A DNA stretch of 63,271 nucleotides from a virus (taxonomy: Duplodnaviria; Caudoviricetes): the IMG/VR virus record IMGVR_UViG_3300008459_009572, positions 1 to 63,271 of that record, one strand, 5' to 3'. The number at the start of each line of letters is the position of its first letter. The first letter of the stretch is position 1. A program made the position numbers and the translations under genes. This document shows positions 56,820 to 63,271 of this stretch, one piece after another. A model generated the notes under the pieces. The model saw only the letters and a program-made list of their open reading frames with translations. It did not search any database and was not told the DNA's origin.

Positions 56820-57605
56820 ATGTCAAACGAATTAAACACAAACTCAATGATGACCAATGTAAGTTACACATTGGATCAAATCAAACAAATGGCTCCATCA
56901 GTATTTACAACTGATAAAGCACCTCACCTAACAGATAAATATATTCAAACTCCAACATCACGTGTTGTAGAGGATTTGATGAGTTTAGGTTGGGAAGTAA
57001 CTAAAGCACAAGAAGTTAAATCCCGTAAGTACAAAGGATTTCAAAAACACATGGTTGTGTTTCGTAACCCAAATATTACCATTAAGGGTAAAGATGGTGA
57101 TGATGCATTTCCACAAATCCTACTTACCAATTCACATGATGGTAAAGCAGCATTCAATTTTAGAGTAGGTATCTTTAGGTTAGTATGTAGTAATGGATTA
57201 GTAGTTGCAGATGCTGATTTTAATAATGTATCAATTAGGCATACTAATTATACGTTTGAATCACTACAAACCAAAATTCAGGAAATCATTGCCAAACTAC
57301 CTAATCTAGTTCAGAAGATTAATTTGTTTAAATCAACTGAATTAACTGAAACTCAAATGCAAGATTTCGCTACTAAAGCAATGCAATTGAGAACTAAACA
57401 GAGAGTAAACATTATGGATGTACTTACTGCTGATCGTCCTCAAGATGCAGGTAACGATTTGTGGGTTGTGTTTAATAGAATACAAGAGAAATTAATTGGT
57501 GGTTCATATAGAGCTGGTACTCGTAAAGCACGCTCAGTTAAGAACTTCCAAAAAGATATAGAGTTGAATGAACAACTATTTGAACTCGCTGAGTCATACC
57601 TTTGA
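56820..57605 (+). CDS. DUF932 (DUF945) family protein
   Basis: APSVF, KHMVVFR, LLTNSHDG, GIFRLVCSNG, DLWVVFNRIQE. Confidence 0.88.
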   Translation: MSNELNTNSMMTNVSYTLDQIKQMAPSVFTTDKAPHLTDKYIQTPTSRVVEDLMSLGWEVTKAQEVKSRKYKGFQKHMVVFRNPNITIKGKDGDDAFPQILLTNSHDGKAAFNFRVGIFRLVCSNGLVVADADFNNVSIRHTNYTFESLQTKIQEIIAKLPNLVQKINLFKSTELTETQMQDFATKAMQLRTKQRVNIMDVLTADRPQDAGNDLWVVFNRIQEKLIGGSYRAGTRKARSVKNFQKDIELNEQLFELAESYL

Positions 57606-57617
57606 TTAAAGTAAAGT

Positions 57618-57648
57618 TGGGGGTGTCAAAGCCCCCATTTTACATTCA
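57618..57648 (+). terminator. Hairpin (terminator-like) superimposed on promoter GTCAAA-N10-TACATTCA
   Basis: TGGGGG-TGTCAAAG-CCCCCA followed by TTTT. Confidence 0.6.
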
Positions 57649-57662
57649 TTTAAATTAAAGAT

Positions 57663-57962
57663 ATGAAGAAAAAGCAACCACAACAAGAATTACTTATAGG
57701 TTACGGTACACATATAAATGTACAAACAGCTCAATTAGTAACATTACTTGATACTCTAACAGTAATGGATGGAAATACTCCTATAGAATTAAATATTAAG
57801 ATAGAAGCTGATTTTACTGACATCCCTGAAAAATATCATGAGATATTCTTTAATGTAATGTCATCCAGATATTATGGAAAAGTAGCATTTACAAATAATC
57901 CATTTTCAGAGTGCGTTCCTCCATCAAAGAAACGTTGGTGGCAATTTTGGAAGTCAAAGTAG
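57663..57962 (+). CDS. Hypothetical protein ending KKRWWQFWKSK
   Basis: ORF. Confidence 0.6.
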   Translation: MKKKQPQQELLIGYGTHINVQTAQLVTLLDTLTVMDGNTPIELNIKIEADFTDIPEKYHEIFFNVMSSRYYGKVAFTNNPFSECVPPSKKRWWQFWKSK

Positions 57963-57976
57963 TAATCGTATCTTTA
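57946..57976 (+). promoter_or_regulatory. Putative early promoter (TTTG...GTCAAA-N10-TATCTTTA)
   Basis: Recurring motif. Confidence 0.55.
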
Positions 57977-57992
57977 TTTCAAATCAAAGGTT

Positions 57993-58355
57993 ATGTCAGT
58001 TATTATTGGTGGAGACAAATTAATTATTCACAGTTGGCGAGCGCCCGTATTATTCGATTCAATTCAGGAACCCGGTAAAAAATATGCTATTACATCTGAA
58101 GATGGATGGGTTGAGGTTCCAAATCATTTCACATATAAAAACCTTATATGGTTTAGAAAAGGAGATAGAAATGGTAAAAATGAAGCGTTTAAAATTCAAC
58201 CTGAATGGGAAGTAGATGGTTCTAAAGGTAAAAAATACATTGTAAAAGTAGATAATGATACTTGGAGTTGTAGTTGTCCCGCTTATGGATGGTCAGGTAA
58301 TTCTAGAACTTGCAAACACATTCAGCAAGTTAAAACTGAAAACGGATGGAATTAA
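57993..58355 (+). CDS. SWIM zinc-finger protein
   Basis: GSKG..Y.V...WSCSCP...CKHI. Confidence 0.8.
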   Translation: MSVIIGGDKLIIHSWRAPVLFDSIQEPGKKYAITSEDGWVEVPNHFTYKNLIWFRKGDRNGKNEAFKIQPEWEVDGSKGKKYIVKVDNDTWSCSCPAYGWSGNSRTCKHIQQVKTENGWN

Positions 58356-58795
58356 AAGAACGAATAGAAACTTATCAAAAACAGAATTATAATCCTTACT
58401 ATTGGTGGAGGCGTTTTAAAAGCAGAAGTATGCTTCATAAATACCAACCACTTGAAGCCAAAGTTAAAAATGGTGATTTTGAAGTAAGTGATTATCATTG
58501 GTGGATACTTTGGGAAAATAAATTAGAAGAAAAAGCATTAGCTGATATATCTGAACCTGATAAACAACATGAGACAAGGTGTTTATTTGGAGAACGTAGA
58601 CGTAGATTAACAGCTGACTTTGAAAAGGATGAAGCTAAAATATTAGAGGCAATGTATAAGGATTTCTGGGTTGAGTTTAGAATGAATCAAACAGAAGTAG
58701 AAGACGAAATGCTTCAGTTTGATGGTACGCTTTCAGAATTCTATTATTATATTTATAACAAAAAGAAAAACAATGGAAATCAAAGACATTCTTAG
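58346..58795 (+). CDS. Hypothetical protein
   Basis: ORF. Confidence 0.6.
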   Translation: MELKERIETYQKQNYNPYYWWRRFKSRSMLHKYQPLEAKVKNGDFEVSDYHWWILWENKLEEKALADISEPDKQHETRCLFGERRRRLTADFEKDEAKILEAMYKDFWVEFRMNQTEVEDEMLQFDGTLSEFYYYIYNKKKNNGNQRHS

Positions 58796-58970
58796 TGAAT
58801 TAATTACAGTAGCAACCAATGTATTAAATGAAAAGGGTCAACCTGATAATTTTGATTTGGAAGATTTTATTTCAAATATGGAAAGTTACTATGAAGAATT
58901 AGATGATTTGGGTGAGTTTTATTTTGAATCTGATGAATATGATTTTGATGATGATGAAGATGATTATTAA
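58773..58970 (+). CDS. Small highly acidic protein
   Basis: C-terminus ESDEYDFDDDEDDY; start reassigned to ATG 58773. Confidence 0.6.
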   Translation: MEIKDILSELITVATNVLNEKGQPDNFDLEDFISNMESYYEELDDLGEFYFESDEYDFDDDEDDY

Positions 58971-58972
58971 TT

Positions 58973-58996
58973 GTCAAAGTTAAGGTATTATATTTA
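58973..58996 (+). promoter_or_regulatory. Putative early promoter (GTCAAA-N10-TATATTTA)
   Basis: Recurring motif. Confidence 0.55.
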
Positions 58997-59010
58997 TTTA
59001 AATAAAGGTT

Positions 59011-59274
59011 ATGAATAGAAATCACAAACGCGTATTAAGCGAAGATCAAATTGAAAGTATTTCAAAACAAGTAGCACTTGATTTGATGGAATATGCTCAA
59101 GAAACAGCAGATACATTAGTTGATCATTACCTTCGTGATGATGCTGAGGGGTTAATGGTATTAGTTAGTAGTTGGATTGAATCAGCAGAAGACACAATAA
59201 TTGATCAATTGAATCATGACTTAAACGAAGATTCATTTAATAATGATCAGTTCATTCCTCATTACGGATTTTAA
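59011..59274 (+). CDS. Small acidic protein
   Basis: ORF. Confidence 0.6.
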   Translation: MNRNHKRVLSEDQIESISKQVALDLMEYAQETADTLVDHYLRDDAEGLMVLVSSWIESAEDTIIDQLNHDLNEDSFNNDQFIPHYGF

Positions 59275-59283
59275 AATTAAGTT

Positions 59284-59817
59284 ATGAGAACATTAGTAAT
59301 ACACCCACACGATAAGTCAACACATTTTTTAAGACCAATATATGAGAAGATACCTCATAAAACAGTTGTTACTGGTGGTTTGTCTATTGCTGAAGTGGAA
59401 AATCTAATATTAATGCATAATCGAATTATAATGTTAGGTCATGGTTCACCTTATGGTTTATTTGGTATTAATTTTAATCGCAGTCATGTTATAGATGAGA
59501 GTGTAGTAAATTTACTTAAATATAAAGAATGTATATTCATCTGGTGTCATGCTGATCAATTTGTAAAGAAACATAGCTTAAAAGGATTCCACAGTGGTAT
59601 GTTTATAAGTGAAGTAGGTGAAGCATTATTTTATGGTTTAAAGGATGATAAACAATTAATAAATGAATCCAATGACGCGTTTGCTGAGATATTAGGTGAA
59701 GCAGCTGATAAGCCACTAAACGAATTACATGAATATGTTACTTCAAATTACAGTTGGTACACAGAAACAAATGAAATAGCTAAATATAATTATGAAAGAT
59801 TAGCTTTGGCAGAGTAA
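59284..59817 (+). CDS. Hypothetical protein with possible caspase/gingipain-like His-Cys dyad
   Basis: IIMLGHGS...FIWCHAD. Confidence 0.45.
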   Translation: MRTLVIHPHDKSTHFLRPIYEKIPHKTVVTGGLSIAEVENLILMHNRIIMLGHGSPYGLFGINFNRSHVIDESVVNLLKYKECIFIWCHADQFVKKHSLKGFHSGMFISEVGEALFYGLKDDKQLINESNDAFAEILGEAADKPLNELHEYVTSNYSWYTETNEIAKYNYERLALAE

Positions 59818-59831
59818 TATTCATATATTTA
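59808..59831 (+). promoter_or_regulatory. Putative early promoter (GGCAGA-N10-TATATTTA)
   Basis: Recurring motif. Confidence 0.55.
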
Positions 59832-59851
59832 GTTAAATAAAAATAAAAGTT

Positions 59852-60040
59852 ATGAGAATTAAAGTAGAAAGAGAAACAAAATGGCAGGACAACGAAATGA
59901 AAACATGCTACTACATTTGGGTAGATGGTAAATGTACTGCACTAACACACAGCTTTGATAAGGCTATGGGTATAGTAAAGCAAATCGAAACAAGTGAAGA
60001 AAAAATTGGTACAGAAATAGTTTATGAAAACGAAATCTAA
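59852..60040 (+). CDS. Hypothetical protein
   Basis: ORF. Confidence 0.55.
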   Translation: MRIKVERETKWQDNEMKTCYYIWVDGKCTALTHSFDKAMGIVKQIETSEEKIGTEIVYENEI

Positions 60041-60051
60041 AATAAACAAAT

Positions 60052-60333
60052 ATGGCAAAAGCAAAATCAACTCCAGTAGTTAAAAAAGAAAAACCAATTA
60101 CACTTACTAAAGAACAATATAGTAAGTTGTGTGAAATTAAAGATTCTATAGATAATGTTACAGATTATCTTAAAGAGATAGCAGATGATACAGATAAGGA
60201 AGACACTATTAAAATTGGATTCCTAATAGGTAGAGCATATAATGTAGCTATAAATAGTTGGGATGATTTGAAAGATATAGTATGGAATATACAACCCGAC
60301 AATGACGATAATGAAGATGAATTTGAATTTTAA
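60052..60333 (+). CDS. Hypothetical protein with acidic tail
   Basis: ORF. Confidence 0.55.
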   Translation: MAKAKSTPVVKKEKPITLTKEQYSKLCEIKDSIDNVTDYLKEIADDTDKEDTIKIGFLIGRAYNVAINSWDDLKDIVWNIQPDNDDNEDEFEF

Positions 60334-60340
60334 ATTAGGA

Positions 60341-60366
60341 TGGGCAGGGTAACCTGCCTATCTTTA
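60341..60366 (+). terminator. GTAA-loop hairpin superimposed on promoter GGCAGG-N10-TATCTTTA
   Basis: TGGGCAGG-GTAA-CCTGCCTA. Confidence 0.6.
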
Positions 60367-60399
60367 ATTCATTAATAATAAAAATAAAAATCAAAGGTT

Positions 60400-60780
60400 A
60401 TGACAAAAACAACACTTACAGCAGCATTCAGCCAAATGGTACACACAGTAGACAAAGCATTTCCTTCATTATTCACTAAGGAAGATGTAATTGTAGTCCT
60501 TAAAGATCTTGAAGAGCAACTTGAAGCAGCAATGAATGGTAATGAAGAAGAAACCACAACTAAAATCAGCATTACTGAAGATCAGATTAAAGAAATAGCA
60601 GATAACGCAGCATCATCTGTTTCATCTGAAGGAGTAGATTTAGTTGATGATTATGATCTGACTATGAATTATAGAGAAGTAGAGTTAGATAGTATTACAT
60701 TAGATGAAAGTAAAATTTCTAGTGAAATAGAAAGAGCCATTGTTGATTGGTTTGAAAGTAATGGAATAGAAATTAACTAA
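60400..60780 (+). CDS. Acidic hypothetical protein
   Basis: ORF with AAATCAAAGGTTATG start context. Confidence 0.65.
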   Translation: MTKTTLTAAFSQMVHTVDKAFPSLFTKEDVIVVLKDLEEQLEAAMNGNEEETTTKISITEDQIKEIADNAASSVSSEGVDLVDDYDLTMNYREVELDSITLDESKISSEIERAIVDWFESNGIEIN

Positions 60781-60788
60781 ATTAAATT

Positions 60789-60818
60789 AGGGTAGGCGAC
60801 GCAAGTCGCCTACCTTTA
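60789..60818 (+). terminator. GCAA-loop hairpin superimposed on promoter GGCGAC-N10-TACCTTTA
   Basis: AGGGTAGGCGAC-GCAA-GTCGCCTACCTT. Confidence 0.65.
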
Positions 60819-60840
60819 CTTTACAATTAACAAATTACAT

Positions 60841-61026
60841 ATGGATATTAGTAGAAACAATACAGAACAAATGTATGATATACTAACTGTATTCGGTAGT
60901 ACAGTAGTTAAGGAAGTATTAGATATGATTAGGTGTTGTGATATTATGGTTATACGTGATACATTAGTTGATATGAATATGAATGATCATGTTGAATGTA
61001 TCGATGCCTTATTAAATATCAAATAG
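60841..61026 (+). CDS. Hypothetical protein
   Basis: ORF. Confidence 0.55.
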   Translation: MDISRNNTEQMYDILTVFGSTVVKEVLDMIRCCDIMVIRDTLVDMNMNDHVECIDALLNIK

Positions 61027-61072
61027 CTTGTGGCTCACACACCACCCCACTTAATCCGTATATACGTTTAGT

Positions 61073-61096
61073 GGCAGAATTTAGGTCGTATATTCA
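61073..61096 (+). promoter_or_regulatory. Putative early promoter (GGCAGA-N10-TATATTCA)
   Basis: Recurring motif. Confidence 0.55.
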
Positions 61097-61111
61097 TCAA
61101 AATTAAAAAAT

Positions 61112-61291
61112 ATGCAATACAGAATCATTGAGTCACGTCCAGCAACTTATTATTGGGAGTTCATTGTTGAAGCGGAAAGCGAAACCGAAGCGCTAAACAA
61201 AGTATTAGAAGGTGAACTTGAAGCCGAGGAAACGTGGGTGGAAGAGAGTGAGGATGAAGAAAGTGATTACGAAATTGAACAAGTTGATTAA
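61112..61291 (+). CDS. Very acidic 59-aa protein, not in ORF track
   Basis: MQYRIIESRPATYYWEFIVEAESETEALNKVLEGELEAEETWVEESEDEESDYEIEQVD; directly behind a promoter motif. Confidence 0.7.
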   Translation: MQYRIIESRPATYYWEFIVEAESETEALNKVLEGELEAEETWVEESEDEESDYEIEQVD

Positions 61292-61292
61292 T

Positions 61293-61433
61293 ATGAGGAA
61301 AATAACATTAGCGTTATTGGTTATGGTACTGTTCAGTAGTTGTTATACATCAGTAGTAACAGTAGGTAATTGTAAGTATTATTATAGAAGACCAATTGGA
61401 TCACTTCACCGCGTAAATGCACCAAGATTTTAA
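61293..61433 (+). CDS. Small lipoprotein
   Basis: MRKITLALLVMVLFSSC lipobox; start reassigned. Confidence 0.6.
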   Translation: MRKITLALLVMVLFSSCYTSVVTVGNCKYYYRRPIGSLHRVNAPRF

Positions 61434-61435
61434 TT

Positions 61436-61651
61436 ATGGCACAATCAGCAGTAGAATGGTTGAGAAAGAATTTAAAAGATTTCCCTCATATAAAGCATTC
61501 TCAGCATTTTAAAGATCTAATAGAGCAAGCAATGCAAATCGAAATGGAGAAATGCATTAGTGATTATAATGCGGGTTATGATGATGCGAAATGCAATCAT
61601 ATTAACGATGCGGAAAATTACGCTAATGAGATTAGATACAATTTAGATTAG
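61436..61651 (+). CDS. Hypothetical protein (QxAVEW family)
   Basis: QSAVEWL...EQA..E pattern common in Bacteroidota phages. Confidence 0.6.
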   Translation: MAQSAVEWLRKNLKDFPHIKHSQHFKDLIEQAMQIEMEKCISDYNAGYDDAKCNHINDAENYANEIRYNLD

Positions 61652-61657
61652 GTAATT

Positions 61658-61681
61658 GTCAGAGTTAGAGTCGTACATTCA
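61658..61681 (+). promoter_or_regulatory. Putative early promoter (GTCAGA-N10-TACATTCA)
   Basis: Recurring motif. Confidence 0.55.
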
Positions 61682-61696
61682 TACAAATAAAAAGTT

Positions 61697-61990
61697 ATGA
61701 CGTACAAACAAAAATTACAGACAGTTATTGGTTGGAGAGAACAAATTAAACAAGCAGTACCCGATTTAAAGTATAAACGTGTATATACACGTAAAACCAA
61801 AGATGGCGAATGCGAAACCACATATTGGGGAATAAGTAGGAATAGTTGGAATAAAGTAAGTGAATTTGTCGTTGGTGATGATTTTAAACATGATGGTGTT
61901 AGATTAGGTAAATTTAGACGTATCAAGAATACCCCAGCAGGAATGAGGTATTTAGGTAAGTTAAGTGTAACTTTGGCAACATTTAGTTAG
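61697..61990 (+). CDS. Basic hypothetical protein
   Basis: ORF. Confidence 0.6.
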   Translation: MTYKQKLQTVIGWREQIKQAVPDLKYKRVYTRKTKDGECETTYWGISRNSWNKVSEFVVGDDFKHDGVRLGKFRRIKNTPAGMRYLGKLSVTLATFS

Positions 61991-61998
61991 TATATTTA
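61975..61998 (+). promoter_or_regulatory. Putative early promoter (GGCAAC-N10-TATATTTA)
   Basis: Recurring motif. Confidence 0.55.
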
Positions 61999-62021
61999 AT
62001 CAAATAAAAAAATCAAAGGTT

Positions 62022-62309
62022 ATGAAATTATTCGAAAAAAATTACCCATTCGGGTTTGAAGTCAACAAGTACGAAGGAGACAGAAGTTACACTATCACAG
62101 GTAATCTTACAAGAGAGTATTGCTTTAAAAAGTATAGTAGCAACTATGACGTTGAGGAGCATATACAGGAACATGTTAACTGTGATGGAATTAAGTTTGA
62201 TTCAGAATATAGTCAATTCTTCGCTCATGCTGATACCGAAGAGAGAGCAGTACAGTTCTGTGAGGATATACAGGCTTGGTTCAATAACATAAAGGAATTA
62301 GTAGGTTAA
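62022..62309 (+). CDS. Hypothetical protein
   Basis: ORF with AAATCAAAGGTTATG start context. Confidence 0.6.
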   Translation: MKLFEKNYPFGFEVNKYEGDRSYTITGNLTREYCFKKYSSNYDVEEHIQEHVNCDGIKFDSEYSQFFAHADTEERAVQFCEDIQAWFNNIKELVG

Positions 62310-62335
62310 TTTATAAAGAAACTAAATAAATAATC

Positions 62336-62581
62336 ATGGCAGACTTCAGCAAACAATGGTGTGAAATAAACGATCCGGAAATGCCTCATGACTTTGACAT
62401 CATGGAGGAACACAGCAAATTGAAACCGGGACACTACGTTCCGTATATTTGTGAGGGTTTTGGATTCATTGCAATAGGAAAATCGGATGATCAAAATGAA
62501 GAGTGTATGTTAGCAATGCCGATTGAAGGTGAAGGATATGGAGTAGTAATGTGGAAACCATATAATGAAGTAGTAAAATGA
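62336..62581 (+). CDS. Hypothetical protein (MADFSKQ...ICEG family)
   Basis: ORF. Confidence 0.6.
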   Translation: MADFSKQWCEINDPEMPHDFDIMEEHSKLKPGHYVPYICEGFGFIAIGKSDDQNEECMLAMPIEGEGYGVVMWKPYNEVVK

Positions 62582-62784
62582 TGACAGTGAATATTGGTGA
62601 TATAATAGAAACAAAGGTGGGTGGGCCATATAAAGTCATTAGCGTTAAGGATAATTTAATAACGTTTCAAATGAAATTAGGTATTGGAATGACACTGTTA
62701 GAATATGTAACTAATGTGATTAGTAAAGCAGTAGATACGTGTGAGTATAGTGGATTACCATCAGTTAAATCATATGACAAATAA
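62578..62784 (+). CDS. Hypothetical protein
   Basis: ORF ending CEYSGLPS. Confidence 0.55.
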   Translation: MMTVNIGDIIETKVGGPYKVISVKDNLITFQMKLGIGMTLLEYVTNVISKAVDTCEYSGLPSVKSYDK

Positions 62785-62790
62785 TTAAAC

Positions 62791-62994
62791 ATGGATCAAT
62801 TAGATAAAATATTTGAATTGTGTGCTCGCATCGAAACCAAAATCAACGAGATACACGATGAGTTAGATAAACTGGGTGTACCCAAGGTAGATAGAGAGAC
62901 GGGTGAAGATATAGATAAGGATGATAAGGATAGTAACTCAGGTGATAACACGAATGTAACGTACGACGTGGAAGTAAAATATGATACTAAATAA
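62791..62994 (+). CDS. Acidic hypothetical protein
   Basis: ORF. Confidence 0.55.
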   Translation: MDQLDKIFELCARIETKINEIHDELDKLGVPKVDRETGEDIDKDDKDSNSGDNTNVTYDVEVKYDTK

Positions 62995-62995
62995 T

Positions 62996-63109
62996 ATGAA
63001 CAAATATAACGATAAGGAAACTTTTGCAGTAGCAGTGGCGTTCGGTATATTGTGTATAACGTTAGGATTAATGGCTATTTTGTTTAAAATAGTTATGAGT
63101 ATAGGGTAA
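62996..63109 (+). CDS. Small membrane peptide (37 aa), not in ORF track
   Basis: MNKYNDKETFAVAVAFGILCITLGLMAILFKIVMSIG. Confidence 0.45.
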   Translation: MNKYNDKETFAVAVAFGILCITLGLMAILFKIVMSIG

Positions 63110-63121
63110 TTTTTGCGCGAG

Positions 63122-63147
63122 AAAAGCGCGGTGGTGCGCGTTTTTTT
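63122..63147 (+). terminator. Putative intrinsic terminator
   Basis: AAAAGCGCG-GTGGTG-CGCGTTTTTTT. Confidence 0.55.
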
Positions 63148-63207
63148 ATATAGACATGAAACGATTTTTTTCTAAGTAGGTGTGGAAAACAAATACGACA
63201 TGTCAAA

Positions 63208-63246
63208 ACGGAACTCTACAGCGATGTAGGGTTTCGTTCTTTTTTT
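63208..63246 (+). terminator. Intrinsic terminator-like hairpin
   Basis: ACGGAACTCTACA-GCGA-TGTAGGGTTTCGT (13 bp including G-U pairs) then T-tract. Confidence 0.7.
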
Positions 63247-63271
63247 GTTAATGTATGTGGAATGAAGTGGT

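Noticed and set aside
4320-62494. All minus-strand ORFs in the track (e.g. 9671..10072, 13702..14145, 49278..49772)
   Set aside because: They lie antisense to well-supported + strand genes and show no recognisable motifs, so they are shadow ORFs
1-63271. Stop-codon reassignment
   Set aside because: Known genes are full length in the standard code, TAA, TAG and TGA all serve as stops, and no suppressor tRNA was seen

Overview
This window looks like a 63 kb segment of a large, AT-rich tailed phage genome. Essentially all real genes are on the + strand and read in the standard genetic code. The host is probably Bacteroidota, inferred from a Bacteroidota-type bS21, a DUF4494-like gene, T9SS-CTD-like lipoproteins, TTTG/TAnnTTYA promoters and the lack of Shine-Dalgarno sites. 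From left to right it holds: (1) 7-deazaguanine/nucleotide genes (queE end, folE, PRTase, dcd-like) and ribosomal protein bS21; (2) a 4.7 kb cassette between 22-bp direct repeats that encodes a prolyl-4-hydroxylase, two apparent hydroxyproline O-glycosyltransferases, a DegT aminotransferase and a GNAT; (3) a T4-like replisome (PolB, clamp, clamp loaders) interleaved with Hsp20, GroES and GroEL; (4) an ~20 kb glycan/NDP-sugar region; (5) ClpP, an HNH-like gene, an aberrant tRNA-like RNA, tRNA-Leu(TAA) and a tmRNA with an unusually long tag; (6) an 8 kb envelope module (CsgG-like, cohesin/dockerin/PA14 proteins, CTD-like lipoproteins, an OM barrel) ahead of a GH19 endolysin; (7) thyA and other accessory genes; (8) a run of small, often acidic early-type genes, many behind a conserved bipartite promoter. 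The best candidates for undescribed systems are the hydroxyproline-glycosylation cassette and the envelope/surface-display module. All family calls come from motif recognition by eye; no searches were run.
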